A stretch of DNA of 24,257 bases, from IMG/VR virus record IMGVR_UViG_3300021964_004483, positions 1 through 24,257 of that record; one strand, written 5' to 3'. The translations under genes and the position numbers were made by a program. This DNA is from a virus (taxonomy: Duplodnaviria; Caudoviricetes). The notes below the pieces were generated by a model that made no database searches, was not told the DNA's origin, and saw only the letters and a list, made by a program, of their open reading frames with translations. This document shows, piece after piece, positions 6,987 to 15,887 of the stretch (position 1 is its first letter; each line of letters begins with the position of its first letter).

Positions 6987-8384
6987 CTATTTTGAGTTTA
7001 GTGGTTTGACCTTTGATACGAATTCTGCGTACTTTGCCATGGTAGGATCAACGACCTTATCAGTTGACTCAACAACTGTATCAGTCCATTCATCTTCACC
7101 TTCGGCAGCACTCTCGATCAAAGTGTCTTCGGTTTTCTCTGTTGGGAAATATGCTTCTTTGATTTCAGAGATTTTGCTAACAAAATCTTCTTTGTCTTGG
7201 AAGTCTACTTTTCCACTTAGAGAAAGTAATTTTTCTTTCTGTGCTTCAGATAAATCTGCACATGCTTCATTGACTACAGACTCTCTTTGGAATCCGTCAA
7301 TCTCTTCTTGAAGTTTCATATTTCTTTCAACTTCAGAGTTTAACTTGTCTTCCATTTCATCAAGTCTATTTGCCAATTCGTCCATAACATCGTACTTCTC
7401 TTCTGGTACTTCAACATAGTGTTCTACGAACAATGCTTTTAGTCCTGTAATGAAGTTCTCTGTCATTTCTGATTTAAGACCTCTCTCAATTGCGAGTTCG
7501 TTTTCTTTAACCCACTCTTCTGCAACATATGAGAGATACTTATCAACTTGCTCGGAAAGTGCAGATTTGCTTTCTTCCACGGCAGTTTGATGTTCTTTTG
7601 AGTACTGTTCTGTAAGATCTTTTTTGATTTGATCAACTTTAACAGCAACAGCAGATTCGAAGATAGTTTGTGCTTTTGCTTTGTTCTCTTCATCTAAGTT
7701 TAGAGATTTAGCAAGTGCTTCGACGTCTTCGTTGACTTCAACTTCTTTGATAGCATCTTCAAGTTCTTTTTGAACTTCTTCGTCCATCTCGTCTTCGTCT
7801 TCGTCCTCTTCCTCATCGTCAGAGTCGTCTTCTTTTTCTTCTTTCGCTTTTGCTTCGTTGATTATAAGATCGAATTGCTCAGCAACTGACTCTTCGTCAG
7901 CATACTTGAGGTGTTCAGCGATTGCTCTTATGATTTCTGCTTTTGTAGACTCTTCCATGTCGTCTTCTTCGTCGTCATCTTGTTTGTCTACCATCTTATC
8001 ATAAGATGCTTTAAGTTGTTCTTTATCCATGTCTTTGAACTTGTTGACCATTGCTTTAATCATTTCAACTTTAGAATAACCTTCTTCAATTGAATCTTCT
8101 TCAGTGTCAACATCTTCACTAACTTTAGCAGCAACTTTGTCGCCACCATCTTGATCACCTTTTCTTTTTGGTGATTTTTTGTTATCAGATGCTTTTTTAA
8201 CTGATGCTACTGCCTTGTCAACAGGATTTTCGTCTGGAGTTACAACTTCGCTTTTTCCTTTTTCTATCTTTTCAGCATCAGATGAACCTTGCTTAGGATG
8301 GACTTTGTCGCCCTTCTCAGCACCTTTCAACTGTGCATCTTGCTCTTCAAGATCAAGTTCGTTGTTTTTAATGTTCTCAGCCAT
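6987..8384 (-). CDS. gp22: Prohead core scaffold protein gp22
   Basis: Highly acidic and coiled. KA.TIFE.AV, VDKYLSYVAEEW..ENELAIE.GLKSE and LF.EHY..VPEEKYDV are typical of gp22. Start placed at 8384 (MAENIK) on the basis of an AGGAGA RBS. Confidence 0.9.
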   Translation of the reverse strand: MAENIKNNELDLEEQDAQLKGAEKGDKVHPKQGSSDAEKIEKGKSEVVTPDENPVDKAVASVKKASDNKKSPKRKGDQDGGDKVAAKVSEDVDTEEDSIEEGYSKVEMIKAMVNKFKDMDKEQLKASYDKMVDKQDDDEEDDMEESTKAEIIRAIAEHLKYADEESVAEQFDLIINEAKAKEEKEDDSDDEEEDEDEDEMDEEVQKELEDAIKEVEVNEDVEALAKSLNLDEENKAKAQTIFESAVAVKVDQIKKDLTEQYSKEHQTAVEESKSALSEQVDKYLSYVAEEWVKENELAIERGLKSEMTENFITGLKALFVEHYVEVPEEKYDVMDELANRLDEMEDKLNSEVERNMKLQEEIDGFQRESVVNEACADLSEAQKEKLLSLSGKVDFQDKEDFVSKISEIKEAYFPTEKTEDTLIESAAEGEDEWTDTVVESTDKVVDPTMAKYAEFVSKVKPLNSK

Positions 8385-8431
8385 TTTCGAATTTCTCCTA
8401 TTATCTGAGTTTTCTATTACTCTTACCAAAC

Positions 8432-8439
8432 TATTTATA
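8432..8439 (-). promoter_or_regulatory. T4-type late promoter TATAAATA (gp22-gp23)
   Basis: Exact consensus in the gp21/gp22 gap. Confidence 0.75.
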
Positions 8440-8441
8440 TG

Positions 8442-9092
8442 TTACAAACTTCTAACGAAGTCGCTCCATACTCGTAATTTGGCTTCTTCCAACTCAGATG
8501 ATTTCGCAGATGATATTTCAGTTTTATACTGCTCTATCTTCTGTGCCTTTAGAATACCATTTTCCCAGATCCATTCTACACCTTCCATGATACCATTTAC
8601 AAAGGCATCAGGTGCGGAAGGATCCGCCACGATATCAGCAGCAGTTGCTAACTGAAAATCGCCTTTTACATATTGGGCACCACCCTTCTCTTCTAGGGAT
8701 CCTAGACCTCTAGATGATACTCCAAGTTTTGCACCATCGTCAATCAAGTTCTTAACAATAGAACCCATTGGGGTGCTTAAAATCTTTGCTTTACCCACAA
8801 AATTATTCCCATCTTCTTCTAATGAAGTAATGAGGTGGGATGCACGATCGAGGTTTATAGTTGGTCCTTGTGGATGACCTAACTCACCAAATGCACGATC
8901 TTGCTTTATAAAATCTTTAGTGTATCGTTTTACTTCTTCTCGTAAAACATTTTTTGGATAGACTCTACCATTTCTGTTTTTGATCTCAGATTGCATAAAG
9001 ACTCCTTGTATATAGTAGTCTTTCTTACCATCGTCTCTTTCTTCTACTAAACAACCCAAGTCGTTAGTTGTAAATTCTGATATTAGTTTCAT
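8442..9092 (-). CDS. gp21: Prohead protease gp21
   Basis: MKLI.E, YIQGVFMQ..IKNRNGRVYP, GELGHP, LGVSSRGLGSL and DIVADPSAPDAFVNGIMEG.EW. Confidence 0.96.
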   Translation of the reverse strand: MKLISEFTTNDLGCLVEERDDGKKDYYIQGVFMQSEIKNRNGRVYPKNVLREEVKRYTKDFIKQDRAFGELGHPQGPTINLDRASHLITSLEEDGNNFVGKAKILSTPMGSIVKNLIDDGAKLGVSSRGLGSLEEKGGAQYVKGDFQLATAADIVADPSAPDAFVNGIMEGVEWIWENGILKAQKIEQYKTEISSAKSSELEEAKLRVWSDFVRSL

Positions 9093-9370
9093 GTAACTAA
9101 TCCCTCCATAGGATCTATTCCTTCTGCTTTCATTTGCTTAAAGAGTTTCACCAAATCTTTAACATTTGACTGTGCATCTTTAAGATCTTTATATGGACCA
9201 GTCTCCTGTCCATCAACAAAAACAAATATATCTTTACCCTTTTGTGTAAAGATTACATCATACACTTTCCCAACAATGCGTTCTTTATTAGACTTGAGTT
9301 TCTTATGACCTCTTGGCAGTTTAAATACTGCCTCGTCTAACACATTTTGGAAAGTGCTAAATTTATGCAT
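9089..9370 (-). CDS. Hypothetical protein in the prohead-core (gp68) position
   Basis: 93-aa ORF overlapping both neighbours, with an ATGA overlap with gp21. Function inferred from position only. Confidence 0.6.
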   Translation of the reverse strand: MHKFSTFQNVLDEAVFKLPRGHKKLKSNKERIVGKVYDVIFTQKGKDIFVFVDGQETGPYKDLKDAQSNVKDLVKLFKQMKAEGIDPMEGLVT

Positions 9371-9545
9371 CTTCTGCTGGTTCTGGTTGCTGATCAGTCC
9401 AACTTGTTGACATCTCTACTCGTTTGATATCAACTGCTTCCTTTGCCTTTGCCATCAGTGCAGATTTCAAATGTTCACCTGCCTGATTTAATTCACCTGC
9501 ATCAATAGCATCTATTGCTAGTTTTACTGTATTGTCTGCCATCAT
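9363..9545 (-). CDS. Small prohead core protein, gp67-like
   Basis: 60-aa helical ORF right after the portal, with an AGGAGA RBS. Pattern IDAI..G....A...LK..L..KA..A.D..R resembles ORFs at this position in T4-like phages. Confidence 0.6.
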   Translation of the reverse strand: MMADNTVKLAIDAIDAGELNQAGEHLKSALMAKAKEAVDIKRVEMSTSWTDQQPEPAEDA

Positions 9546-9551
9546 TATCTC

Positions 9552-11084
9552 CTATTCTAATCCAAAGTTATCATCGTCACCCTCTTCATCGGGTTCTTCT
9601 GCTTTCTCTGCTTCAATCTGCTTATCGATATCTTTAATATCATTATCAGATTGTAATAGTACTCTCTTACGAATAAATTCTTTAGAGTAATACTTACCGA
9701 CATATTCGTCGATTTCTCTTAGAGTATTTAACCTTTCTCTAAGAACTTCTGTTTCTTTAAGTTCTGTGAAGTGGTTGTCATCATTAAAGTTATATTGAAT
9801 AAATTCTTTAATGTCTTCAAACTCTTCTTGTGATAAGAGACCTTTCAATACACATTGTGTTTGTAAGATATCAGTAAACACACGACCAAACTTCTTACGA
9901 ATTCGGTCTACAAACTTAGAGAACTTGACCTCATCTCTAGTTATCTCTGATGCACGACCTAAACTAAATCCTGTTTCGGATTCTAGTCTTGATACAGGGA
10001 CATTCAAAGACTTGTACAGTTTCTTCTGGAAGTATTGGATATCTTCTATCTCAGATAGATTCTGTCCTCCAGGAAGAGTGGAAATTTCTGTACCTCTCCC
10101 ACCTTCTCGACGTGGCAACCAAAAATCTTCAAGCATAGACATATGTCTGCGGTCATCTTTAATCTCTCCAGTATTTGCGTTGTAGACCAACTTATTTCTA
10201 TACTTGGTCATTACATCGGCAAGATACTGTTCTGCCTTTGCTTTTGGTAAATTCCCTACATCGATGTAAAAGATTCTTCTTTCTGGTGCTCTGGTGATTC
10301 TATAAATCACCAAGGCATCTTCCATCATACGCAATTGGTTCGCAGGTTTAATTGCTTTATGCAAATATCCTACTACTGCATTCTTGTTGTAGTCAAGAAG
10401 TCCAGAAGTGACGAAGGTGATTGCTTCAGGTGCAATTTTTAAAGTTTGCCCTGATGCTCCACCACCCTTGTCAAAACCTTTATCGTTGAAGACAAAGAAC
10501 TCTTCTACTTTCTTTATCTTCTCCATTCCAGTACGAGCATCTTTTTCTTTTTCGACTTCTCGTACTTTTTTGATCTTCAAAGGATCAATGTTTCTTAATT
10601 CAACGATCCCTTGTTTGAGTCGATCTTTATTAACCATTTTGTGGAAGTATATCCTTCCGTCAACATACCACTTTCTAAAGAGGTCATGACCATTCTGGTT
10701 AAAATGCATCATGGTTATTACATCTTCGAATTCTTCGCGAATTTTCTTTTTGATATTGTCAGATAGATCCGTCTTATCCAAGTTGATATCTACAACTTGC
10801 TCCTCTTGATCGCCAGTGATTGACTCATTGACGATATCATCTATCGCAGCATCACATTCAGGAATAAGACTCATCTCACGATATCTTCGTATGAGATCTG
10901 CCTCATTCTTGATGGCACCTTCCATATCGATGTACTGACCACTCGCAGCACCTGTAATAAATCCAGGTGTTTGCTGAATGACAGGTGTACCATCATCTTC
11001 AACAGGTGGGACAAATGAAGGTGCTTTCTCTTTGTCTAATACCTGTCTATTCTTTCGCTGTATTTCGAATCCGAATAATTCCAT
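9552..11084 (-). CDS. gp20: Portal vertex protein gp20
   Basis: LFGF.I, PECDAAIDDIVNE, FRKWYVDGRI, YRITRAPERRIFYIDVGNLPK.KAEQYL and EDFWLPRREGGRGTEISTLPGGQNL. Confidence 0.98.
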   Translation of the reverse strand: MELFGFEIQRKNRQVLDKEKAPSFVPPVEDDGTPVIQQTPGFITGAASGQYIDMEGAIKNEADLIRRYREMSLIPECDAAIDDIVNESITGDQEEQVVDINLDKTDLSDNIKKKIREEFEDVITMMHFNQNGHDLFRKWYVDGRIYFHKMVNKDRLKQGIVELRNIDPLKIKKVREVEKEKDARTGMEKIKKVEEFFVFNDKGFDKGGGASGQTLKIAPEAITFVTSGLLDYNKNAVVGYLHKAIKPANQLRMMEDALVIYRITRAPERRIFYIDVGNLPKAKAEQYLADVMTKYRNKLVYNANTGEIKDDRRHMSMLEDFWLPRREGGRGTEISTLPGGQNLSEIEDIQYFQKKLYKSLNVPVSRLESETGFSLGRASEITRDEVKFSKFVDRIRKKFGRVFTDILQTQCVLKGLLSQEEFEDIKEFIQYNFNDDNHFTELKETEVLRERLNTLREIDEYVGKYYSKEFIRKRVLLQSDNDIKDIDKQIEAEKAEEPDEEGDDDNFGLE

Positions 11085-11090
11085 AATGTA

Positions 11091-11098
11091 TATTTAGT
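11091..11098 (-). promoter_or_regulatory. Late promoter variant ACTAAATA (gp20)
   Basis: NNTAAATA core in the 19-nt gp19/gp20 gap, 6 nt before the ATG. Confidence 0.55.
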
Positions 11099-11103
11099 TT
11101 GTT

Positions 11104-11601
11104 TTAAACCACATGCTCCCAGTGTGAGTAAGCGAATTCAACTGTAAATGTTTCCAATGCATCAACTGTCTCGTAAGATAAATCTATACCAGCAATGTTG
11201 ACAGGGAACATGTTGAAGAATTCGTATCTTGCTAACACACTGTCGTCTTTGTGTAGTTGTTCAACATATGCTCTACTGAGCAAGTAATCAGTGGAGGTTG
11301 CACCCTCTCCACTATCTAGTTGTTGGATATCGGTTTGCCAGTCTTCAATTGCATTTCTAACTGAAAATTCGATATCGTTGATGATTGTAACAGTCCAATT
11401 TTCGAATGTTCTATCACCAGCAAGTTTTAATTGATGCCCTCTGAAGTTTACAGGTACAGTACCTATAGTTGCAGCAGGGATCTGTGCTGCTTGGCATAGA
11501 AATTCGATTTTGGCACCAGATCTAGGTATGAATACTCTAAATCTGTTTGCCCTTGGACCACCACCGATTAATTGTGCTTTAAATTGGTCTATTGTCGCCA
11601 T
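11104..11601 (-). CDS. gp19: Tail tube protein gp19
   Basis: F...L.GGG.R.NRF.V, FLCQAAQIPA, FRG..LKLAGDRTFE.WTVTIIND and FP..I..IDLSY. Confidence 0.95.
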   Translation of the reverse strand: MATIDQFKAQLIGGGPRANRFRVFIPRSGAKIEFLCQAAQIPAATIGTVPVNFRGHQLKLAGDRTFENWTVTIINDIEFSVRNAIEDWQTDIQQLDSGEGATSTDYLLSRAYVEQLHKDDSVLARYEFFNMFPVNIAGIDLSYETVDALETFTVEFAYSHWEHVV

Positions 11602-11614
11602 GTTCTATCCTCGC

Positions 11615-13618
11615 TTAAACAGCACCATAAATCTCTTCAAATTCGACGCCACTTCTAGCAGCAACAAAGTTGAGAGTTATGAAGTTAATTGATCTAGCAG
11701 GTTTGATGAAGATTGAAGCAACAAACTCGTTCCCATCTACTACTGCATCAGTATTGTTAGTTTCGTCACAAACTACAGCAAAGTCATAAATACCTCTTCT
11801 GCTTTGAACTTCTCTTAAGAAAGGTTCAACTGCTGATCTAAATGATGCTCTTGTGAAAGGATCATTAAATTCAAAGAGTTGTGCTTTTGCTGCTGTAGAT
11901 ATTGCTTTCTCCAATACGATAAACAATCTTCTAACATTAATTCTATCAAATGCAGAAGGAACACTTAGCATAGTCTTGTCACCAAATAGTACTGTACCCT
12001 GTCCTGGGAAAGTTACCACTGGATTGATTCTTGCTTTATAAAGTGTATCTCTATTTGCTTTTTGAGGATTGTATGCTAATTTTGTTATACCGAGATATTG
12101 TCCTCTGCTGAATCCAGCAGGTGAGAACCATGGATCTCTTAGTGTATCAGATCTTGCTGCGAGTCCTGCTGTGTGACCACATGCTGGAACCCATACATAT
12201 CTATCGTTGTATTTATCATAGATGTACAACCAGTTCCCATCCATAAATGCGTAAGAAGAAGAACTTGCAGTATCTGCAGTTGTTTTGATGTTAGATGTAG
12301 CAGTGGATTCTGTTACATTAACACAATCACTTCTTCTTGGGGAAATGAATGCTATACAATCTAATCTGTTTTCTGTTACCAGAATTGCTTGATTTGTTAA
12401 AGTTGTCCAATCAGCCAATAAGTCTTGCTCTGTACCAGAACCATTATCTGTATGAGAAGACCCGACTATTAAGAATGAGACATCAATACTGTCTCCATCC
12501 CTAAAGAATGATTGCCATGCTCCATATTTCTGAGCAGCAGTTGGTACTCTACCATCTGCACCACCAGAAAGTGATGAAACTTGAGGAAGATCAGGTGCAC
12601 CGAAAGCAGATGATACTGAAGCAGCAAAAGTTCTTTCTTCTGCAGCACCAGATACTATATCTGTATCGTGTCCTGTCCACCAAATGTATTCGGAAGATCT
12701 TTCGATTACATCTCTATAATAGTTAGATGAACCAAAAGTGTCTGTCGCGTCGGATGCCTTCGAAAGGAATGCGAACTTTTCTAATATTGTACCAGCAATG
12801 CCTGTAATTAATCCATCCTCGTCAACTACACATACATGTAATTGGTCATTAGATGAACCAGCAGCAGTTGCCTGTGCTGATGTTCCAGGTGCCTTATCAA
12901 AATTAGTAGCAAATTCCCATTCTCTTGAGATATTTACTGCAACAGATGAACCATCGACTGCAGAGACTAATCCTGTTCCTGATGGTTGTCCTAATGCTTC
13001 GATAGTCAAACTAGTCGCAGCAACTGCTGTAACTTTATATTTTTGACTGTCATCGCCAGCAAACCAGATCTTATCGCCAACTAAAAAGTTAGCATCTGCA
13101 TCACTCACAGAAGTGATAGATGTAGCACCTACAGCATTTGATGCTGCAGTAGTATCTACATTATCTTCCGAGAATGCATTTGAACTAGCACAAACAGACA
13201 CCTTGATTGAGTTTCCTAAAGCACCTGCATATCTAGCAGTCCATGCACCAACAGTTGCGTTTAAATCACCATCTCTGTAAGAAGCAACATATTGATCGCT
13301 GTTCTTTAGTAATGATGTAGTTGCTCCACTAGTGTTAGCAGAATACAACCCTGTTGTTGCAACACGAACTACTCTTAGATCGTTAGCATAGTTTAGGAAA
13401 CCTGCAGCAGAGAAAAACTCTTCTGCTGATGCGTTTGTATTGGCTGGCTGACCGAAAGTTTCTGCTAATAAAGATTCACTAGTAATAGTTGTCACTTCAT
13501 CAACAGGTCCCCATCGGAAATTACCTGCGTAAGCACCTGTAGTGCTTGAAACTGCAGGCACAACATTAGTCAAGTCTACTTCTTTTACCTGTATTCCAGG
13601 TGATACTTGAAATGCCAT
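11615..13618 (-). CDS. gp18: Tail sheath protein gp18
   Basis: MAFQVSPGIQVKEVDLT, F.WGPV, PWFSPAG..RG, LFGDKT, SAFDRINVRRLFI and IFIKPARSINFITLNFVA.RSGV.FEE. Start placed at 13618 on the basis of an AGGAGA RBS. Confidence 0.97.
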   Translation of the reverse strand: MAFQVSPGIQVKEVDLTNVVPAVSSTTGAYAGNFRWGPVDEVTTITSESLLAETFGQPANTNASAEEFFSAAGFLNYANDLRVVRVATTGLYSANTSGATTSLLKNSDQYVASYRDGDLNATVGAWTARYAGALGNSIKVSVCASSNAFSEDNVDTTAASNAVGATSITSVSDADANFLVGDKIWFAGDDSQKYKVTAVAATSLTIEALGQPSGTGLVSAVDGSSVAVNISREWEFATNFDKAPGTSAQATAAGSSNDQLHVCVVDEDGLITGIAGTILEKFAFLSKASDATDTFGSSNYYRDVIERSSEYIWWTGHDTDIVSGAAEERTFAASVSSAFGAPDLPQVSSLSGGADGRVPTAAQKYGAWQSFFRDGDSIDVSFLIVGSSHTDNGSGTEQDLLADWTTLTNQAILVTENRLDCIAFISPRRSDCVNVTESTATSNIKTTADTASSSSYAFMDGNWLYIYDKYNDRYVWVPACGHTAGLAARSDTLRDPWFSPAGFSRGQYLGITKLAYNPQKANRDTLYKARINPVVTFPGQGTVLFGDKTMLSVPSAFDRINVRRLFIVLEKAISTAAKAQLFEFNDPFTRASFRSAVEPFLREVQSRRGIYDFAVVCDETNNTDAVVDGNEFVASIFIKPARSINFITLNFVAARSGVEFEEIYGAV

Positions 13619-13662
13619 GTTATTTTCTCCTATATGCGACCGCAAAGTCAGATTTCAAAGAT

Positions 13663-13670
13663 TATTTATA
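13663..13670 (-). promoter_or_regulatory. T4-type late promoter TATAAATA (gp18-gp19)
   Basis: Exact consensus in the gp17/gp18 gap. Confidence 0.75.
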
Positions 13671-13689
13671 ACTTTTTTGATCTTACACC

Positions 13690-15306
13690 TTATAACCAGT
13701 TCTTCAATGGATCATAAGGATCATCATTAGAGTCATCTTGAACCCATGTATTGCCGTCTGCATCGCGTGTTATGGGAGGTTCTACATACCTATCGGGATC
13801 TCCAAAGACCCCTGCAGGAAGCACTTCCTCCTCTATTTGTTTTTGTTGCTCTAGATATATCATCTTTTTAAGTTCTATATCTGAGAGATGTTCAAAGAAT
13901 GGTGTAGTCGCAAACCATGCGAACATTACACAATTCATAACCAAATCGTCATGATTACCACCATCTGCTTCCCAAGACTGTCCTTTAGAAACAAATGTGG
14001 TAAATTCTTGTATTGTATTACTATCGTGGAGGATTAGTTTACCCTCTTCGAGTAATTCTTTTACTGTAGAGCAACCAATCCTTTTTACCTTTTTGGTCAT
14101 TGTAACACCAATGCCTTTTGCTTTGATGGTACTCTCTACGAATACATTTTCATATTCTATATCGTAGAACAGTTGATTACATACAACTGATCCTTCATTG
14201 TTGTTCTCTATGATAACAAGTGCTTTATTAAAAGCAGTTGCATACTTTGCTAATATGTCAGGAAACAGTAGAGGACTGATTACATTATCTCTATAAGTTG
14301 CTACCTGCTCAAAGGGTTGCTGTGTAATATCAAAAACTGTGAATGTGGAATAGTCTTGTCCTCTACCCATAGAAACATCTACAGTCATGATATATTTATG
14401 ATCTTCTATAGGTTGACGATACACCTTGCAGTTATCTTTTTGCCACTCACAATCTTCTGCCATCATACCCAATAAAGTATTAGCATTGATCAATGTATTA
14501 CCTGTTCCTAAGAACGAATTACCAAACTCTTGCTCAAATTGTAACTCAGAAGTATTCGCAATGGTTGATTTTTTCCATTCATCATCTCTTCCAGGCACAT
14601 CCCACCAATCGATTTGATAATGCTTATATTCAGATGTACCATTCATCGCACCCATATAAATTTTATGGTACATATTACCCACACCATTTGCTGTTGATGT
14701 GATAATCACCTTAGACTTAGAACCTGATGTAACAACAGGATAAGTGGAGGTGTAGAATGTTTCTGCGTTTTCTACAAAGGCAAACTCATCAAGATAGAGT
14801 AGATTAACAGAGAGACCACGAATGGAACTGCCAGATGTTGCTGAAGCAATAATTTTGCTATTGTTTTCAAACTCTATACTTCCTTTGTTTAATACTTTAG
14901 TTCCAGGTTGCAAATAGAAAGGGATGTTCTCAAGCATGGTTGTTATCCTTGCCAACATCTCTCTAGCAGTAGCACCTTTGTTTGCTAAGACTGCGATCGT
15001 TTGCTCTGGATGAAACAATGCGAACCATATTAAGTACGCACAAACAGTAATCGACTTACCACTTTGTCTACATGCTAATACAATGCTGAATCGATTCTCA
15101 TCAAAATGATTAACTAATCCCTCTTGGTATCCTCTCAGATGGAAAGGAACCAATCCTTCATCAAGTGAAATAATTTGAATGTGGTTTTGAATAAAATGTG
15201 CTGGACTCTCTAGACATCGTTGGTACTCAAGTACCATCTCCTCAGTCCATTGATCTTGTACACCTGCTCGCTTAACACGAGGGTTTCCTAGATATCCTTC
15301 ACTCAT
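13690..15306 (-). CDS. gp17: Terminase large subunit gp17
   Basis: YLGNP..K, RQSGKS (Walker A), YLDEFAF (Walker B), ITSTANG, FEQEF, nuclease motif VDVSMGRGQDYS and HDDLVM. No intein or intron visible. Confidence 0.97.
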   Translation of the reverse strand: MSEGYLGNPRVKRAGVQDQWTEEMVLEYQRCLESPAHFIQNHIQIISLDEGLVPFHLRGYQEGLVNHFDENRFSIVLACRQSGKSITVCAYLIWFALFHPEQTIAVLANKGATAREMLARITTMLENIPFYLQPGTKVLNKGSIEFENNSKIIASATSGSSIRGLSVNLLYLDEFAFVENAETFYTSTYPVVTSGSKSKVIITSTANGVGNMYHKIYMGAMNGTSEYKHYQIDWWDVPGRDDEWKKSTIANTSELQFEQEFGNSFLGTGNTLINANTLLGMMAEDCEWQKDNCKVYRQPIEDHKYIMTVDVSMGRGQDYSTFTVFDITQQPFEQVATYRDNVISPLLFPDILAKYATAFNKALVIIENNNEGSVVCNQLFYDIEYENVFVESTIKAKGIGVTMTKKVKRIGCSTVKELLEEGKLILHDSNTIQEFTTFVSKGQSWEADGGNHDDLVMNCVMFAWFATTPFFEHLSDIELKKMIYLEQQKQIEEEVLPAGVFGDPDRYVEPPITRDADGNTWVQDDSNDDPYDPLKNWL

Positions 15307-15463
15307 CTATTTTTATAATACCATTTTCCCAATTGGTTTGTACATCTTCAGCATAATGAAAACTCTTTCCTGGAAGATACCTTTCTTCTACCAATTTACC
15401 ATCTTCATAAAGATCTACTACATAGATCTCTGCTGTTCTAATTTCTGCTTTTCTTTCACCCAT
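15299..15463 (-). CDS. Small hypothetical protein (54 aa) between gp16 and gp17
   Basis: Hand translation: MGERKAEIRTAEIYVVDLYEDGKLVEERYLPGKSFHYAEDVQTNWENGIIKIDE*. Fills the gap exactly, overlapping gp16 and gp17 by 8 nt each. Below the ORF-track cutoff. Confidence 0.75.
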   Translation of the reverse strand: MGERKAEIRTAEIYVVDLYEDGKLVEERYLPGKSFHYAEDVQTNWENGIIKIDE

Positions 15464-15878
15464 CTTTCATTCTATCCTTTAAAAATTTTTGTAGTTCGGC
15501 AGTGCTACCTACAAATAGATTATTGTTAACTGTTCCTGGAGATTCTTGAGGACTATCCGTCTTTTCTAATTCCCTTATCTGTTTTTGTAGAGTTAAAAGT
15601 TTCTCTGCAGTTTCACCTACAGTTTTGATTAACTGTCCAGCAACTTCATAAGTTCTTGGATGCTCAGTTTCTTTAGCAAGTTCTAAGATACCATCTACAG
15701 CATCTTGCCCTCGTTCAACTAAGTTGTATAACACCTCTCTACCATAAGTCGCATCTTTATCTGCTTCCTTTAACCTTTTATCGGGGTCTTTAAAAATGGT
15801 GGGTAATTTCTTCTGAGTTTCGTCTATTTCGGTGTTAATATCGAGAAGATCGTTAAGTTTATCGTCTATTTTGCTCAT
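15456..15878 (-). CDS. gp16: Terminase small subunit gp16
   Basis: D..Y.R..LYNLVE.GQ.A..GIL..A.E.EHPR.YEVAGQLIK.V and NNNLFVGSTAELQK.LK. Confidence 0.93.
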   Translation of the reverse strand: MSKIDDKLNDLLDINTEIDETQKKLPTIFKDPDKRLKEADKDATYGREVLYNLVERGQDAVDGILELAKETEHPRTYEVAGQLIKTVGETAEKLLTLQKQIRELEKTDSPQESPGTVNNNLFVGSTAELQKFLKDRMKDG

Positions 15879-15887
15879 ATTTTTTCA

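Noticed and set aside
8385-8429. ORF-track upstream starts for gp22 (8429), and likewise gp18 (13645)
   Set aside because: Strong AGGAGA RBSs sit directly before the ATGs at 8384 and 13618.
13690-15306. Intein, intron or homing endonuclease in terminase or other core genes
   Set aside because: gp17, gp20, gp23 and UvsW are of ordinary length with continuous motifs, and no HNH, GIY-YIG or LAGLIDADG ORF is visible.
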